A stretch of DNA of 64,000 bases, from positions 64,738 to 128,737 of IMG/VR virus record IMGVR_UViG_3300047388_000185; one strand, written 5' to 3'. Origin of the DNA: a virus (Duplodnaviria > Heunggongvirae > Uroviricota > Caudoviricetes). The notes beneath the pieces are model-generated. The model did no database searches. It was not told the DNA's origin and saw only the letters and a list, made by a program, of their open reading frames with translations. Positions 55,504 to 64,000 of the stretch are shown piece by piece. The translations under genes were made by a program, and so were the position numbers. Position 1 is the stretch's first letter. Every line of letters starts with the position of its first letter.

Positions 55504-57876
55504 ATGTTCGTCTTTCATTGGCTCTGCTTCCTCGCAGCCCTCATCAGCTTTGGCGCCTTTTCCGGCAATACCTGGGCTGCGTATGGTTGTCGGCACACCG
55601 ATGAACGAGCAGAGAATGCCGTTGTGAAATTCGGGGTGATGACTCTGATCTTCGTTCTCGCATTTCTTTTCACTTAGGACCCTCATGCTCGCCCTAGTCC
55701 CGACCTCGACCCTCGAAGCCGCAGCCAGTTTAGAAGCTACCTGTGTCTCGACCGCTCCCACCCTCGTCGAACTCCAGGCCAAAGCCGCCCGCTACGACTG
55801 GCTCGTCAGCGGCCAGCGCATTCGCCAGGGTAAGGTCGTATCCAACTTCGGCTCTCGTTCGATCGACAAAAACGCAGACCAGTCCTTGATGACATTCACG
55901 TACTGGTGCTCCGAAGAACAACTCGCTACGGCTATCGACGCCGAAATCGCAAAGGAATAGTCATGGCTCGCCTCAATCCCGCCGCACAAGCTGAAGCCGA
56001 TCGTCCCCGCAGCGAAGCGGAGATCTTGGCAGTCTTCACCTCGAAGCCCGAGCTCAACTTCAACAAGGAAGTCTCCGAAAGCACTCGTCAAGCGTTCGAG
56101 GACGACTTGATCAAAGCCTATCTTCCAATCGGCTTACCCGAAGAAGAACTTCGAGAACAGTATCTTCTTCGAAACCCACACTTTCCCGACGATTATCTCG
56201 ATCCGCATGTCGCTCTGGAGTGGACCGGCTGGAAGAATGGCGTCATGTATGGATATCAGATCTAGGGGAAGAAGCTATGATGCCCTATGACGAAGAACAC
56301 TCCCGGCTGAAGTTCGAGGAATTCATCGCTCTGAAGTTTTGGAACGGTCTTTTCCCGGAATATAGGCGCGGGACATTCGAGCAGAACCTTGAGTACATCA
56401 AGGAAAATTTCCCCCGGGACGAGGGCAAGTACAAGGTCACGAGCATTTCGTTCCGGGACATCAATCACCAATGGGAGCTGTGGCAAGCCGCAGTTGAAGT
56501 TGGGTATCAACTGGGGTAAGCGATGGGCACGAATACTGAACTAGAAGAAGCCCTTGAGACATCCAGAGAAGACTTCGAAATCCACATCGCCAGGGCACGT
56601 TGGAATAAACTCCAAGCACTTTGTATCTGGACCAATCGAAGTTTTGAAGACGATCTGCCGGAATTGCGAGCGGCCATGGTTTGGGATGTAGTGCAGAAGT
56701 TCTACTGTCCCAGCTTGCATTCTGAATGGTTGAAAAACCTTCAGAAGGACTGGGAGACCTGGAAAACAGGATTCGAAGCCGGCTGGGAGGCTAGGTAAAA
56801 TCATGGGCATGACCTATAGCGGCGGCAGCGGAGACTACGAAGACGGCCCGTCAGTCTTCCACCAAGAGACGTTGAAAGCAAAGCTTTCACATAGATGTAC
56901 CGAGTGTCGGGGGATCATCGAAGCCGGGCAACACTACGAGCGTAGCTCCGGTATCTGGGATGGACGCTGGTCTACGTACCGTAAGTGCAAGTTCTGCATG
57001 GACTTCGAGTCGGCCTTCGACGCGCAGTTCAAGGGCTTCATGCACTCCAGCGCATTCGGGGAAATGCTCAGCGATTCTCAGCACGAGATGTATCGCCTCT
57101 ACTCCGTCGATCATCCCGGTCGGTGGTTTGGCGTGGCTCGGAAGTATGTGGCGATCAAGAGGAACTATTACTCTCAGCTCAAGCGCGGGATAGTAGACAA
57201 GGCCGGGCGTGGCAACGTCCCTACTCGAGGCCCTTTCGGGTACAGTATCAAGAAAGAGCGTGAAATTTTCAAACAGATGAAGGAACAGAATGAAGCCAGA
57301 ACTGAAGAAGCGTTGGGTTGATGCCCTACGCAGCGGTAAGTACCAGCAAACCGATTCCGCCCTAGAAGATGCCAATGGCCATTGCTGCCTCGGAGTGGCT
57401 TGTAGTCTCTTCGCTGACGAAATGGGCCTGAGCATCTCCGAGTATGGCCCGAATCAGGAATACTCCAAATTCGACGGACGTCATGACTATTTGCCAGATC
57501 GAGCCCAAAAGTTCTTGGAACTTACCGAGACTGGGATTTTACCAAAGACGGTCGCAGATCCGAAAACGGGCTATATCTACGCAAGCCTCGCCTCGCTCAA
57601 TGATGATGCCAACTACACCTTTCGTCAAATCGCCGACGTTATTGACGAGCAATTCTAATGACTGCACCGACAAGCGTTTGGACCATCCTTGCCAAAGATC
57701 GAGCAGAAAAGCCACGTGGCTTCGAAAAGGGTGACGGATACTACTACATGTGCGAAGACGACGCCAAGGCATCGCTTTCGGACGAAGACGAAAACTACCA
57801 GCAGGTTCACGTCGTCGTAGAGTGCGTCATCATGTCCAAAGAAAACTACGACGAACTCGTAGAGAAAAGGGCTTAA
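55504..57876 (+). CDS. Run of small hypothetical proteins (55504-55677, 55685-55960, 55963-56265, 56277-56519, 56523-56798, 56803-57321 Cys-rich, 57290-57658, 57658-57876)
   Basis: Head-to-tail ORFs with SD sites; three adjacent ones share a C-terminal W..W...G motif. Confidence 0.65.
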
Positions 57877-57890
57877 TCCTTTTCTTTAGT

Positions 57891-57920
57891 TTCAACAATG
57901 GAAGTAAAATACGGTATAAG
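57891..57920 (+). promoter_or_regulatory. Class I promoter
   Basis: TTCAACAA-N13-CGGTATAAG. Confidence 0.7.
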
Positions 57921-58005
57921 AATGTGTAGCGCATTTAACCCCTTACACTTCGAGGGCTGTCGTGCTACTGATACTGAACTTTAACTTATCAAAAGGAAAT
58001 ATCAA

Positions 58006-58416
58006 ATGTTGAAGATCCTCCTCCTGGCATCCCTCGTGGCTCTGTCATCTCTGTTCGCCACGACGACCGCTCAAGCCGGGACAATCACGCTCGACGCCGA
58101 CGCCTGTTCGGACAATCGCTTCTGCTACAGCGTCCCCAATGACGGTGGCTACACCGATCTGCTCCTGTACGCCAATGCATCCGGCTCGGGCGTGGTCGAA
58201 GTCCAGTTCGCTGACGGTACGATCTGGCTGGGCACCGGTCCCGTCGGCACGACGATCAGCAGCTACCCCGTCTATCGTCAGCCCAACAAGGACGCCGTGA
58301 TGTACGTGACGGCCAACTGGATGACCTGGACGACCAAGGGCAGCTGTTCCGGTCGCGGCGGCTGCGCCAGTCACACGCATTGGTCGCTGCTGTCGGGCTC
58401 GCTCCTGACCCAGTAA
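58006..58416 (+). CDS. Secreted beta-rich protein with Cys pairs
   Basis: Sec signal peptide (MLKILLLASLVALSSLFATTTAQA); CSDNRFC and CSGRGGC; own promoter and terminator. Confidence 0.7.
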   Translation: MLKILLLASLVALSSLFATTTAQAGTITLDADACSDNRFCYSVPNDGGYTDLLLYANASGSGVVEVQFADGTIWLGTGPVGTTISSYPVYRQPNKDAVMYVTANWMTWTTKGSCSGRGGCASHTHWSLLSGSLLTQ

Positions 58417-58434
58417 CTGAACACCTGAGACACT

Positions 58435-58470
58435 GAGAGGGGTTGGGATCCGTCCTAGCCCCTCTTTCTT
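58435..58470 (+). terminator. Intrinsic terminator
   Basis: AGAGGGGTTGGGA / TCCTAGCCCCTCT stem followed by TTCTT. Confidence 0.65.
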
Positions 58471-58486
58471 TATTAGAATAATAACA

Positions 58487-60655
58487 ATGACTGAACTACC
58501 TCCCCTCTCCGAAAACGCAGTCCTTCACAACCTCGACCAAGCTCGGACCGATTGCTACCGCGCCGGGGAGAAAAGCGACAAGGCTTTGTGGATAGCCTTC
58601 GCCGAACGTCTTCGAATCCAATGGAACTGCATGCTTCCAACCGAGAATAACAATGAAAATCACCTGGAACAAAAATCCGCTTCTGACGACGATCGAGCTT
58701 GATGACGCCGAGAAAGAACTCCTTCGCTGGAAGATCAAGGCCGAAGAGCTTACGGACCTGATCGAAGAAGCCAAGTATGATTTGAAGCAAGTAGATCGGC
58801 CTCCGAAGAATAGAACGGCTGAAGAATGTATCTCTGCGGCAACTAACGCCTTGAAGAGCTACGACTTGTATGCCGGGATAACTGGGGAAGGTAGCCTAGA
58901 TAAGCGGGTCGACGAAGTTCTCGGCTACTATATTGAGGCACTCGGAGAGTCCCACTGTGGAGACTGCGTTTGCGTAGCATGTTCCTGCACTAAATGTCAC
59001 GCTGAGGTTCTCCTGCGCGTAGACACTATGCCGGGCCTGGGAAAGCACGCTGCTAGTAAGATTGGCACTGCTTTTGGCAAGGACAACGAGCTCTCAATTG
59101 AAGAGGCTATCGCCTCTCTTGAGAACTACAAATTAACTCCCCCGACCAAGCAATCGGAGCTGGATGGTTGGGCTAAATGCGGCGGCTGGGATCAACATGT
59201 CCCTCGCTGGACGAAAGAAGCTGCTGATGCGGCTACTTGGTTGAAACAATATCGGGACAAGCATTTTCCAATCCCACCGAAGGAGTAGCGCATGGCCTGC
59301 GTAATGACCAAGAAGCCTCACGATCTCAAAGAGATTGATCGCCATTCCTCGGGGTTTCCTGGCATCTTCCGAGTCGTACGCTGGTGCTGCAACTGCGGGT
59401 CGGTTGTGATCGATAATGACATCGACGGTAAGGTTGCACCAGGAGACTGGAAGGCCATGCAGTTTCCGAGAATTGCGTTGGATAAGGCTGAACAGATGAA
59501 ACCGAAGGAAGAGAAATGACCAAGAACTCCTTTGTTCCGCCCGACGCCGAAATCAAAGTCCTGGATTGGCCTAAGCTTGGAAAACCTAAGCCGGCTCAAA
59601 ACCACGCTCAGCGCAAAGCTTCACGCATTGCGGAGGGGCAAGCCCAAGAGCAAGCCGAAGCTGAAATAGCCCGGAAGAACGAAGCCGACCGTCACGAAGA
59701 CGATACTGATAACTAGTGGTAAAGGAATAATCATGGAAAATCTAGGACTTTATCTGCAAGGCCTCGGCGCAGCCATTCTATTTTGCTGCTATGTTGGATG
59801 TAGTAAAGTGGAAGCCGGCCAAGAATTTACCCATACCCCCATCATATTTGAAGACCCCTTGACGGGCTGTCAGTATCTAACTAACTCATCTGGTAATGCT
59901 GCCCTCACGCCTAGGCTCGACCGGGACATGAAACAGATTTGTAAGGGGAAATGACATGAGTCCTCGAGATCAAATCCTATTCGATTACGGCTTTCTTCGC
60001 GGCATCGAAGCCCACGTCCCGGAAGATCGCCGCGATGTCCTCAGAGCTATCGCCGAGCGCATTCGCGGTCGAATCCCGATCAGACCAAGTATGAATTTGT
60101 CGGAACTCTCGAAACACTTCGAAGATGGGCCAGACGAAGTTGACTGTTGTGGAAAGAACACTAAAACATGAGATATAATCCGACTCTACCACTCGTGATT
60201 CTGATTGCAGTCCCCTCGTTCTTTCAAGCAGTCGGCCGTATTATGGCGCCAAGTCGGTCACCTTCAACTCCGACTCTTTCCACTTCGATTCGTTATGAAA
60301 TCAAACCCTGTCCAAAAGGTGGGGAATGGATTCGGAATCAGACGAGCGAAGACGGATGGAGACTACAATGCAACCAGTAGTCCTTAGCGAAATCGACCAA
60401 CTCAAGGCTGAAATTGTTGCCCTGAAAAAGGACAAGAAAGACCTGGCAAATGAGCTCCGTCAAGCCAATGTCCGGCATGAAGGAGCTCACGACTGGGCAA
60501 TGAACAACGCTAAGACGTTGCATAGTCACTTGTGCGTTTGTCGACACGATGACGTGAAAGAGTTGGAGAAACAACTAGCCGAAGCGACAGCTCCGAAGCC
60601 GAGGACGTCGCTGTCGGTCCTTGGAATGCTAGTTGGAAAGAAGCTCTTGCGTTAG
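58487..60655 (+). CDS. Run of small hypothetical proteins (58487-58702, 58653-59288 Cys-rich, 59292-59519, 59516-59716, 59733-59954, 59956-60171, 60168-60380, ~60365-60655)
   Basis: Overlapping stop/start codons. Confidence 0.6.
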
Positions 60656-60656
60656 G

Positions 60657-60686
60657 TTCAATAAGACGTTACAATTGTGGTATAAG
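60657..60686 (+). promoter_or_regulatory. Class I promoter (second tRNA cluster)
   Basis: TTCAATAA-N13-TGGTATAAG. Confidence 0.75.
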
Positions 60687-60726
60687 AAGTTACAGAGGGA
60701 GATATAATCTTCTTCAATTCACATAT

Positions 60727-60801
60727 GCGGGGTTCGTCCAATGGTTAGGGCCTCAGTTTTCCAAACTGAAGATAAGAGTTCAATCCTCTTACCCCGCTCC
60801 A
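60727..60801 (+). tRNA. tRNA-Gly (TCC)
   Basis: GCGGGGT/ACCCCGC acceptor; TCAGT-TTTCCAA-ACTGA; U73; CCA. Confidence 0.93.
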
Positions 60802-60802
60802 C

Positions 60803-60879
60803 GGCCAGTTGTACCGAATTGGTTAGGTAACGGATTGCAAATCCGTGTTATGCTGGTTCAAGTCCAGTACTGGTCTCCA
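60803..60879 (+). tRNA. tRNA-Cys (GCA)
   Basis: GGCCAGT/ACTGGTC acceptor; ACGGA-TTGCAAA-TCCGT; U73; CCA. Confidence 0.93.
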
Positions 60880-61119
60880 GTTTCCTTTAAAAGAGTTCTG
60901 TATCCTCGCCTGATCACAACGTTTTTTCCGAGCAATATCCCAAGAAGAGTTCTCCTAACAATCTTGGTACCTCGGCTCCCGCCCTGGTCTGATGTTGCTG
61001 GCTGTCTCGAGCATGGGTTCTTCCTGGTAAGGTGGCCCGGCAGTCTCTCCACGGAAAGAATGGCAAAAGTGATAAGTCTACGTGCCCCTGAGAAGGGACG
61101 TTGATGGTGTAGGATACAG

Positions 61120-61196
61120 CGGGGATGGTCGTCTAAACCTAGGACGCCTGGCCTTCAGCCAGTGAAATGCTGGGAGAATCCCCCAGCCCATCCCCG
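61120..61196 (+). ncRNA. tRNA-shaped RNA / degenerate tRNA-Glu(TTC)-like
   Basis: Acceptor GGGATGG/CCATCCC, Glu-like D arm GTCT..AGGAC, CTGGC/GCCAG arm around TTC, GCTGG/CCAGC arm. No GG in the D loop, no TTC in the T loop, no CCA. Confidence 0.55.
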
Positions 61197-61205
61197 TTAG
61201 ATTAT

Positions 61206-61281
61206 GGGTCTGTCGACTAACAAGAACTAAGTCACCCTCGACAAGAGGATACGGATGCAGTTGGAAGCACTGCCGGACCCA
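61206..61281 (+). ncRNA. Second tRNA-shaped RNA with non-canonical loops
   Basis: GGGTCTG/CGGACCC acceptor, GACT/AGTC D stem, CCTC-GACAA-GAGG, GCAGT-TGGAAGC-ACTGC; no CCA. Confidence 0.5.
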
Positions 61282-61361
61282 GCCTGATCAAAACCCCTAG
61301 TTCAACCATTGCGTTCCCGGTTGAGCTAGGTTAGAATTCGATTGGCCTTTTAGTAATACAT

Positions 61362-61447
61362 GCCCCGGTGGTGGAACGGCAGACACCGGAGACTTAAAAT
61401 CTCCTGCTTTCATTAGCGTACCGGTTCGAATCCGGTTCGGGGTACCA
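61362..61447 (+). tRNA. tRNA-Leu (TAA)
   Basis: GCCCCGG/TCGGGGT acceptor; GGAGA-CTTAAAA-TCTCC; long variable arm; CCA. Confidence 0.93.
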
Positions 61448-61460
61448 TAGAAAGACAACC

Positions 61461-62473
61461 ATGAATGACAAAAAGCCCGTCCACTTAGTCCCCTTGGTTG
61501 AGCTGATTTCCGCCCAGAAGTCCGGGCCACTCCAGGTCTACCGAGGCTACTGGTGGGCTGTGACTCCAAATGGAGAAGCCGTCTTTTTCACTAACGATCA
61601 GCGTTATCCCATTGCCAACAGGCATAAGTCCCTCCTAGAACGATTCTTAAGTTCTGCCCCGGAAGGGTCTCAAGCGGAATTTGTCCCCTGGGCCTATGTC
61701 AAATTCGAGATTTCAGATTACGCGTGAACGACTGCTGCAATCAAATTCAAAACTGGACCCGTGCCGAGTGCACACGTTGCGGAAACCAGTCAATGCCAAA
61801 GAGCCTTTGGGTACCCTCTTGGACCCTTGCCGAAAACGTAGCCGATGCACGGAGGACCGTAGCGTCTTGGAGCTCGGAAAAGAGATCTTCAGTTCGCCTC
61901 GAAGGCGAGCGTTTAAACAAAAGGTACTATCGTGGTTAATCCTCTCAAACCAATCAAAACTCCGTCCGAGCGCGGATTGACTGCGAGCACTGAGCTTCGC
62001 TTTGTTACTCGCACGGTCGTAACAAGTCCCGGCGGTCAATCCACTGGATTATGGGTCAATGGAGCGCCTGTCCTGACGGCCGCTACTGGTACGGTCAAGA
62101 CCGTCCTACAACAACGCTGGTTTGGCCCCCGAGAAGACGAGTGGCATGATGTGCCTACAGTGGAAGAAACAAAATGACATTCAAAGACCCTCTCAGTGCC
62201 CCTGAGATTCAAATCCCCGTGGACTATGCTAATCACATCATCTACGGCTTCATTCTGGCCCTTGTCATAGCCCTGTTCACTCAGTACTTTGACACTACTC
62301 CGGAGGTCGGCTGGTCTTGGGGCTACTACGTGACGTCAGTGGTTGCTGCGGCCAAGAAAAGCGTAGACTACTTCTGGGAACACGAATCTGTCCAGATGTG
62401 TGTCGCAAAGATCTTTGCTACGATTGCAATTCCCCTCCTGATCTTGGAACTGATTCATTTCGGATTAGTATGA
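61461..62473 (+). CDS. Small hypothetical proteins (61461-61727, 61724-61939, 61932-62177, 62174-62473 membrane)
   Basis: Overlapping stop/start codons. Confidence 0.6.
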
Positions 62474-63030
62474 CAAGCCGTCACATTGCTATCATCGGAA
62501 CCGCCGGCCGGGATAAAGACAAGCCCCGAACAAAAGAGCTGTGGGAAGCAATGTTGGCTGATGCTCGAACTCGTATCGGTCCAGATGATTTTATCCATTC
62601 CGGTGGAGCTGCCTGGAGTGACCACATTGCTGTCAAGCTATTCCTCGAAGGGCACATCAAGCACTTGTCGCTCTGGCTTCCAGCTCCGATGGCAGGAGAT
62701 GGTCGCCTCATCAGTCCGCAGTCCGGTGCTAAGGGGTCAGCCTCGGCCTCAAACTACTATCACCAGTTGTTCAGCAACGTTATTGGAGAAGATTCAATGG
62801 CTCAGATCGCTGAGGCTTGGATCGAAGGGGCCTGGTTGAACTTCGAACCTTCGGCGGCTGGCTACGGCGGATTCTTCGCTCGAAACAACAAAGTTGCTGA
62901 GCGGGCCGTGGACGGTTGCCTTGCGTACACCTGGGGTGAGGGTGCGGAGCCTGCTGACGGTGGGACGAAGTACACCTGGGATAAATGCTCCGGCGAGCGA
63001 ATTCATATCCCACTAAAGACGCTATTATGA
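62470..63030 (+). CDS. SLOG-fold (YspA/DprA-like) nucleotide-binding protein
   Basis: IAIIGTAGR...HSGGA.WSD..A...FFARN..V....D..LA...GGTKYT; start moved to ATG 62470. Confidence 0.65.
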   Translation: MTSRHIAIIGTAGRDKDKPRTKELWEAMLADARTRIGPDDFIHSGGAAWSDHIAVKLFLEGHIKHLSLWLPAPMAGDGRLISPQSGAKGSASASNYYHQLFSNVIGEDSMAQIAEAWIEGAWLNFEPSAAGYGGFFARNNKVAERAVDGCLAYTWGEGAEPADGGTKYTWDKCSGERIHIPLKTLL

Positions 63031-63269
63031 AAGTACTCCGAGAACCTCCAAAACCGAAATCGGTTTTCCACACATACCAGGGCTATTGTCCGAGATGCAA
63101 AGCATTTCTAGATTACAACACGAAGGATCTTCGACCGAATATGTTCAACGGTTGGTTGATACGCCTATACTACTTGACTTGCGGATATTGTTTCCATGAG
63201 GTCATGAAGTCAGGATTCGAACTTTGGTGGGATCGATATCGTCCTTCTCCCTGGAATCACCGACCATGA
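63027..63269 (+). CDS. Small Zn-ribbon protein
   Basis: CPRC...CGYC; ATGA overlap. Confidence 0.55.
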   Translation: MKVLREPPKPKSVFHTYQGYCPRCKAFLDYNTKDLRPNMFNGWLIRLYYLTCGYCFHEVMKSGFELWWDRYRPSPWNHRP

Positions 63270-63634
63270 AAGTCTATCTAGACGACACCCGACCAACCCC
63301 GGAAGGATGGGTTGGATGCCTGTGGCCAGACGAGGTCATTGCCTTGCTCAAGACTGGCAAGGTGACCCATCTGAGTCTCGACCATGACCTGGGCGATGAC
63401 AAGCGTGGCACGGGCTATGACGTATTGCTCTGGATCGAAGAAGCTGTAGTCCAAGGCAAGTTCCATCCCCCGCACATGTTGGTCCACTCCGCTAACCCCG
63501 CTGGAGTAAAGCGCATGGAGCACGCCATCCGAATCATCAAAGTCCGGTACAAGGCTATTCATGAGCCCCAGCCGGATAAGTATCAGAAAGGAGACCGACA
63601 TGCCTATAAACAGTACCATTCAAACAATGGTTGA
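63266..63634 (+). CDS. Stand-alone receiver-like domain (cyclic-phosphate-processing receiver type)
   Basis: MKVYLDDTRPTPEGW...LSLDHDLG..GTGYDVL.WIEE...HSANP.G..RM. Confidence 0.75.
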   Translation: MKVYLDDTRPTPEGWVGCLWPDEVIALLKTGKVTHLSLDHDLGDDKRGTGYDVLLWIEEAVVQGKFHPPHMLVHSANPAGVKRMEHAIRIIKVRYKAIHEPQPDKYQKGDRHAYKQYHSNNG

Positions 63635-63842
63635 CTGCGGCACGGCATATCGAGTCGGCGATAGAGTTAATTGGTGGCGGCAGAGCGGGACCAGTCAAGC
63701 CCACTGGGATGAGGGTGGTTTCAGAATCATCGGTTTTCGAGGTGGCGCGGGAAACTATATGACGGTGACAGCCGAGGGTGAACCCCTACTAGGCAGTTTC
63801 GAAATTGGTTCACCTCATTACCGACTTTATAAGGGAAATTAA
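63601..63842 (+). CDS. Small hypothetical protein
   Basis: MPINSTIQTMVDCG... ORF overlapping the upstream gene; start approximate. Confidence 0.45.
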
Positions 63843-63843
63843 C

Positions 63844-64000
63844 ATGCAACGCAGAGGTTTCCTCGCCGGCATCCTGGCTGCTGGTTTCGCTCCGGCTGCA
63901 ATTGGCTCAGGCGTTTTGATGCCGGTCCGAAAGATCGCAACGATCCGCGCTCAAGACTTGGTACACAGCGGCATCACAAGTACTTCCATTCATGCTAACT
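63844..64000 (+). CDS. Partial ORF with twin-arginine (Tat)-like signal
   Basis: AAGGGA SD; MQRRGFLAGILAAGFAPAAIG...; runs off the window. Confidence 0.6.
   Translation, partial: MQRRGFLAGILAAGFAPAAIGSGVLMPVRKIATIRAQDLVHSGITSTSIHAN

Noticed and set aside
60835-61104. 89-aa ORF overlapping tRNA-Cys
   Set aside because: It starts inside a tRNA gene with a TTG codon and no SD. The region contains hairpins (e.g. a GAGA tetraloop near 61090), but I could not define a feature.

Overview
The whole window is part of a large lytic dsDNA phage genome. The host is probably a betaproteobacterium (Burkholderiales-like), inferred from a phage-borne MHFG-type PEP-CTERM protein. Minus-strand core modules encode a prohead protease (runs off the left edge and is missing from the ORF track), head-associated proteins, a portal and PhoH. 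They also encode a bacterial-type multisubunit RNA polymerase cut into three genes: beta fused to the beta' N-terminus, the beta' catalytic middle, and the beta' C-terminus about 10.7 kb away. Plus-strand islands of accessory genes lie between these modules, mostly headed by a conserved TTCAAYAA-N13-TGGTATAAG promoter. They include two SNF2 helicases, a DNA ligase and LigD phosphoesterase, a putative RNA ligase, a vWA/TerC/TerD-like cluster, phosphoesterases, nine conventional tRNAs and many small hypothetical genes. A perfect 144-bp inverted repeat sits in the AT-rich gap between portal and phoH. The most striking observation is an otherwise canonical tRNA with an 8-nt anticodon loop (UCUCCUAA, able to present UCCU). 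It lies directly downstream of a gene whose best start codon reads ATG TCG AGG ATC CTG TAA and which becomes a 106-aa ORF if AGGA is read as one four-base codon: a candidate natural quadruplet/+1 frameshift tRNA beside its own target. All family assignments come from motif recognition by eye; no database search was run.
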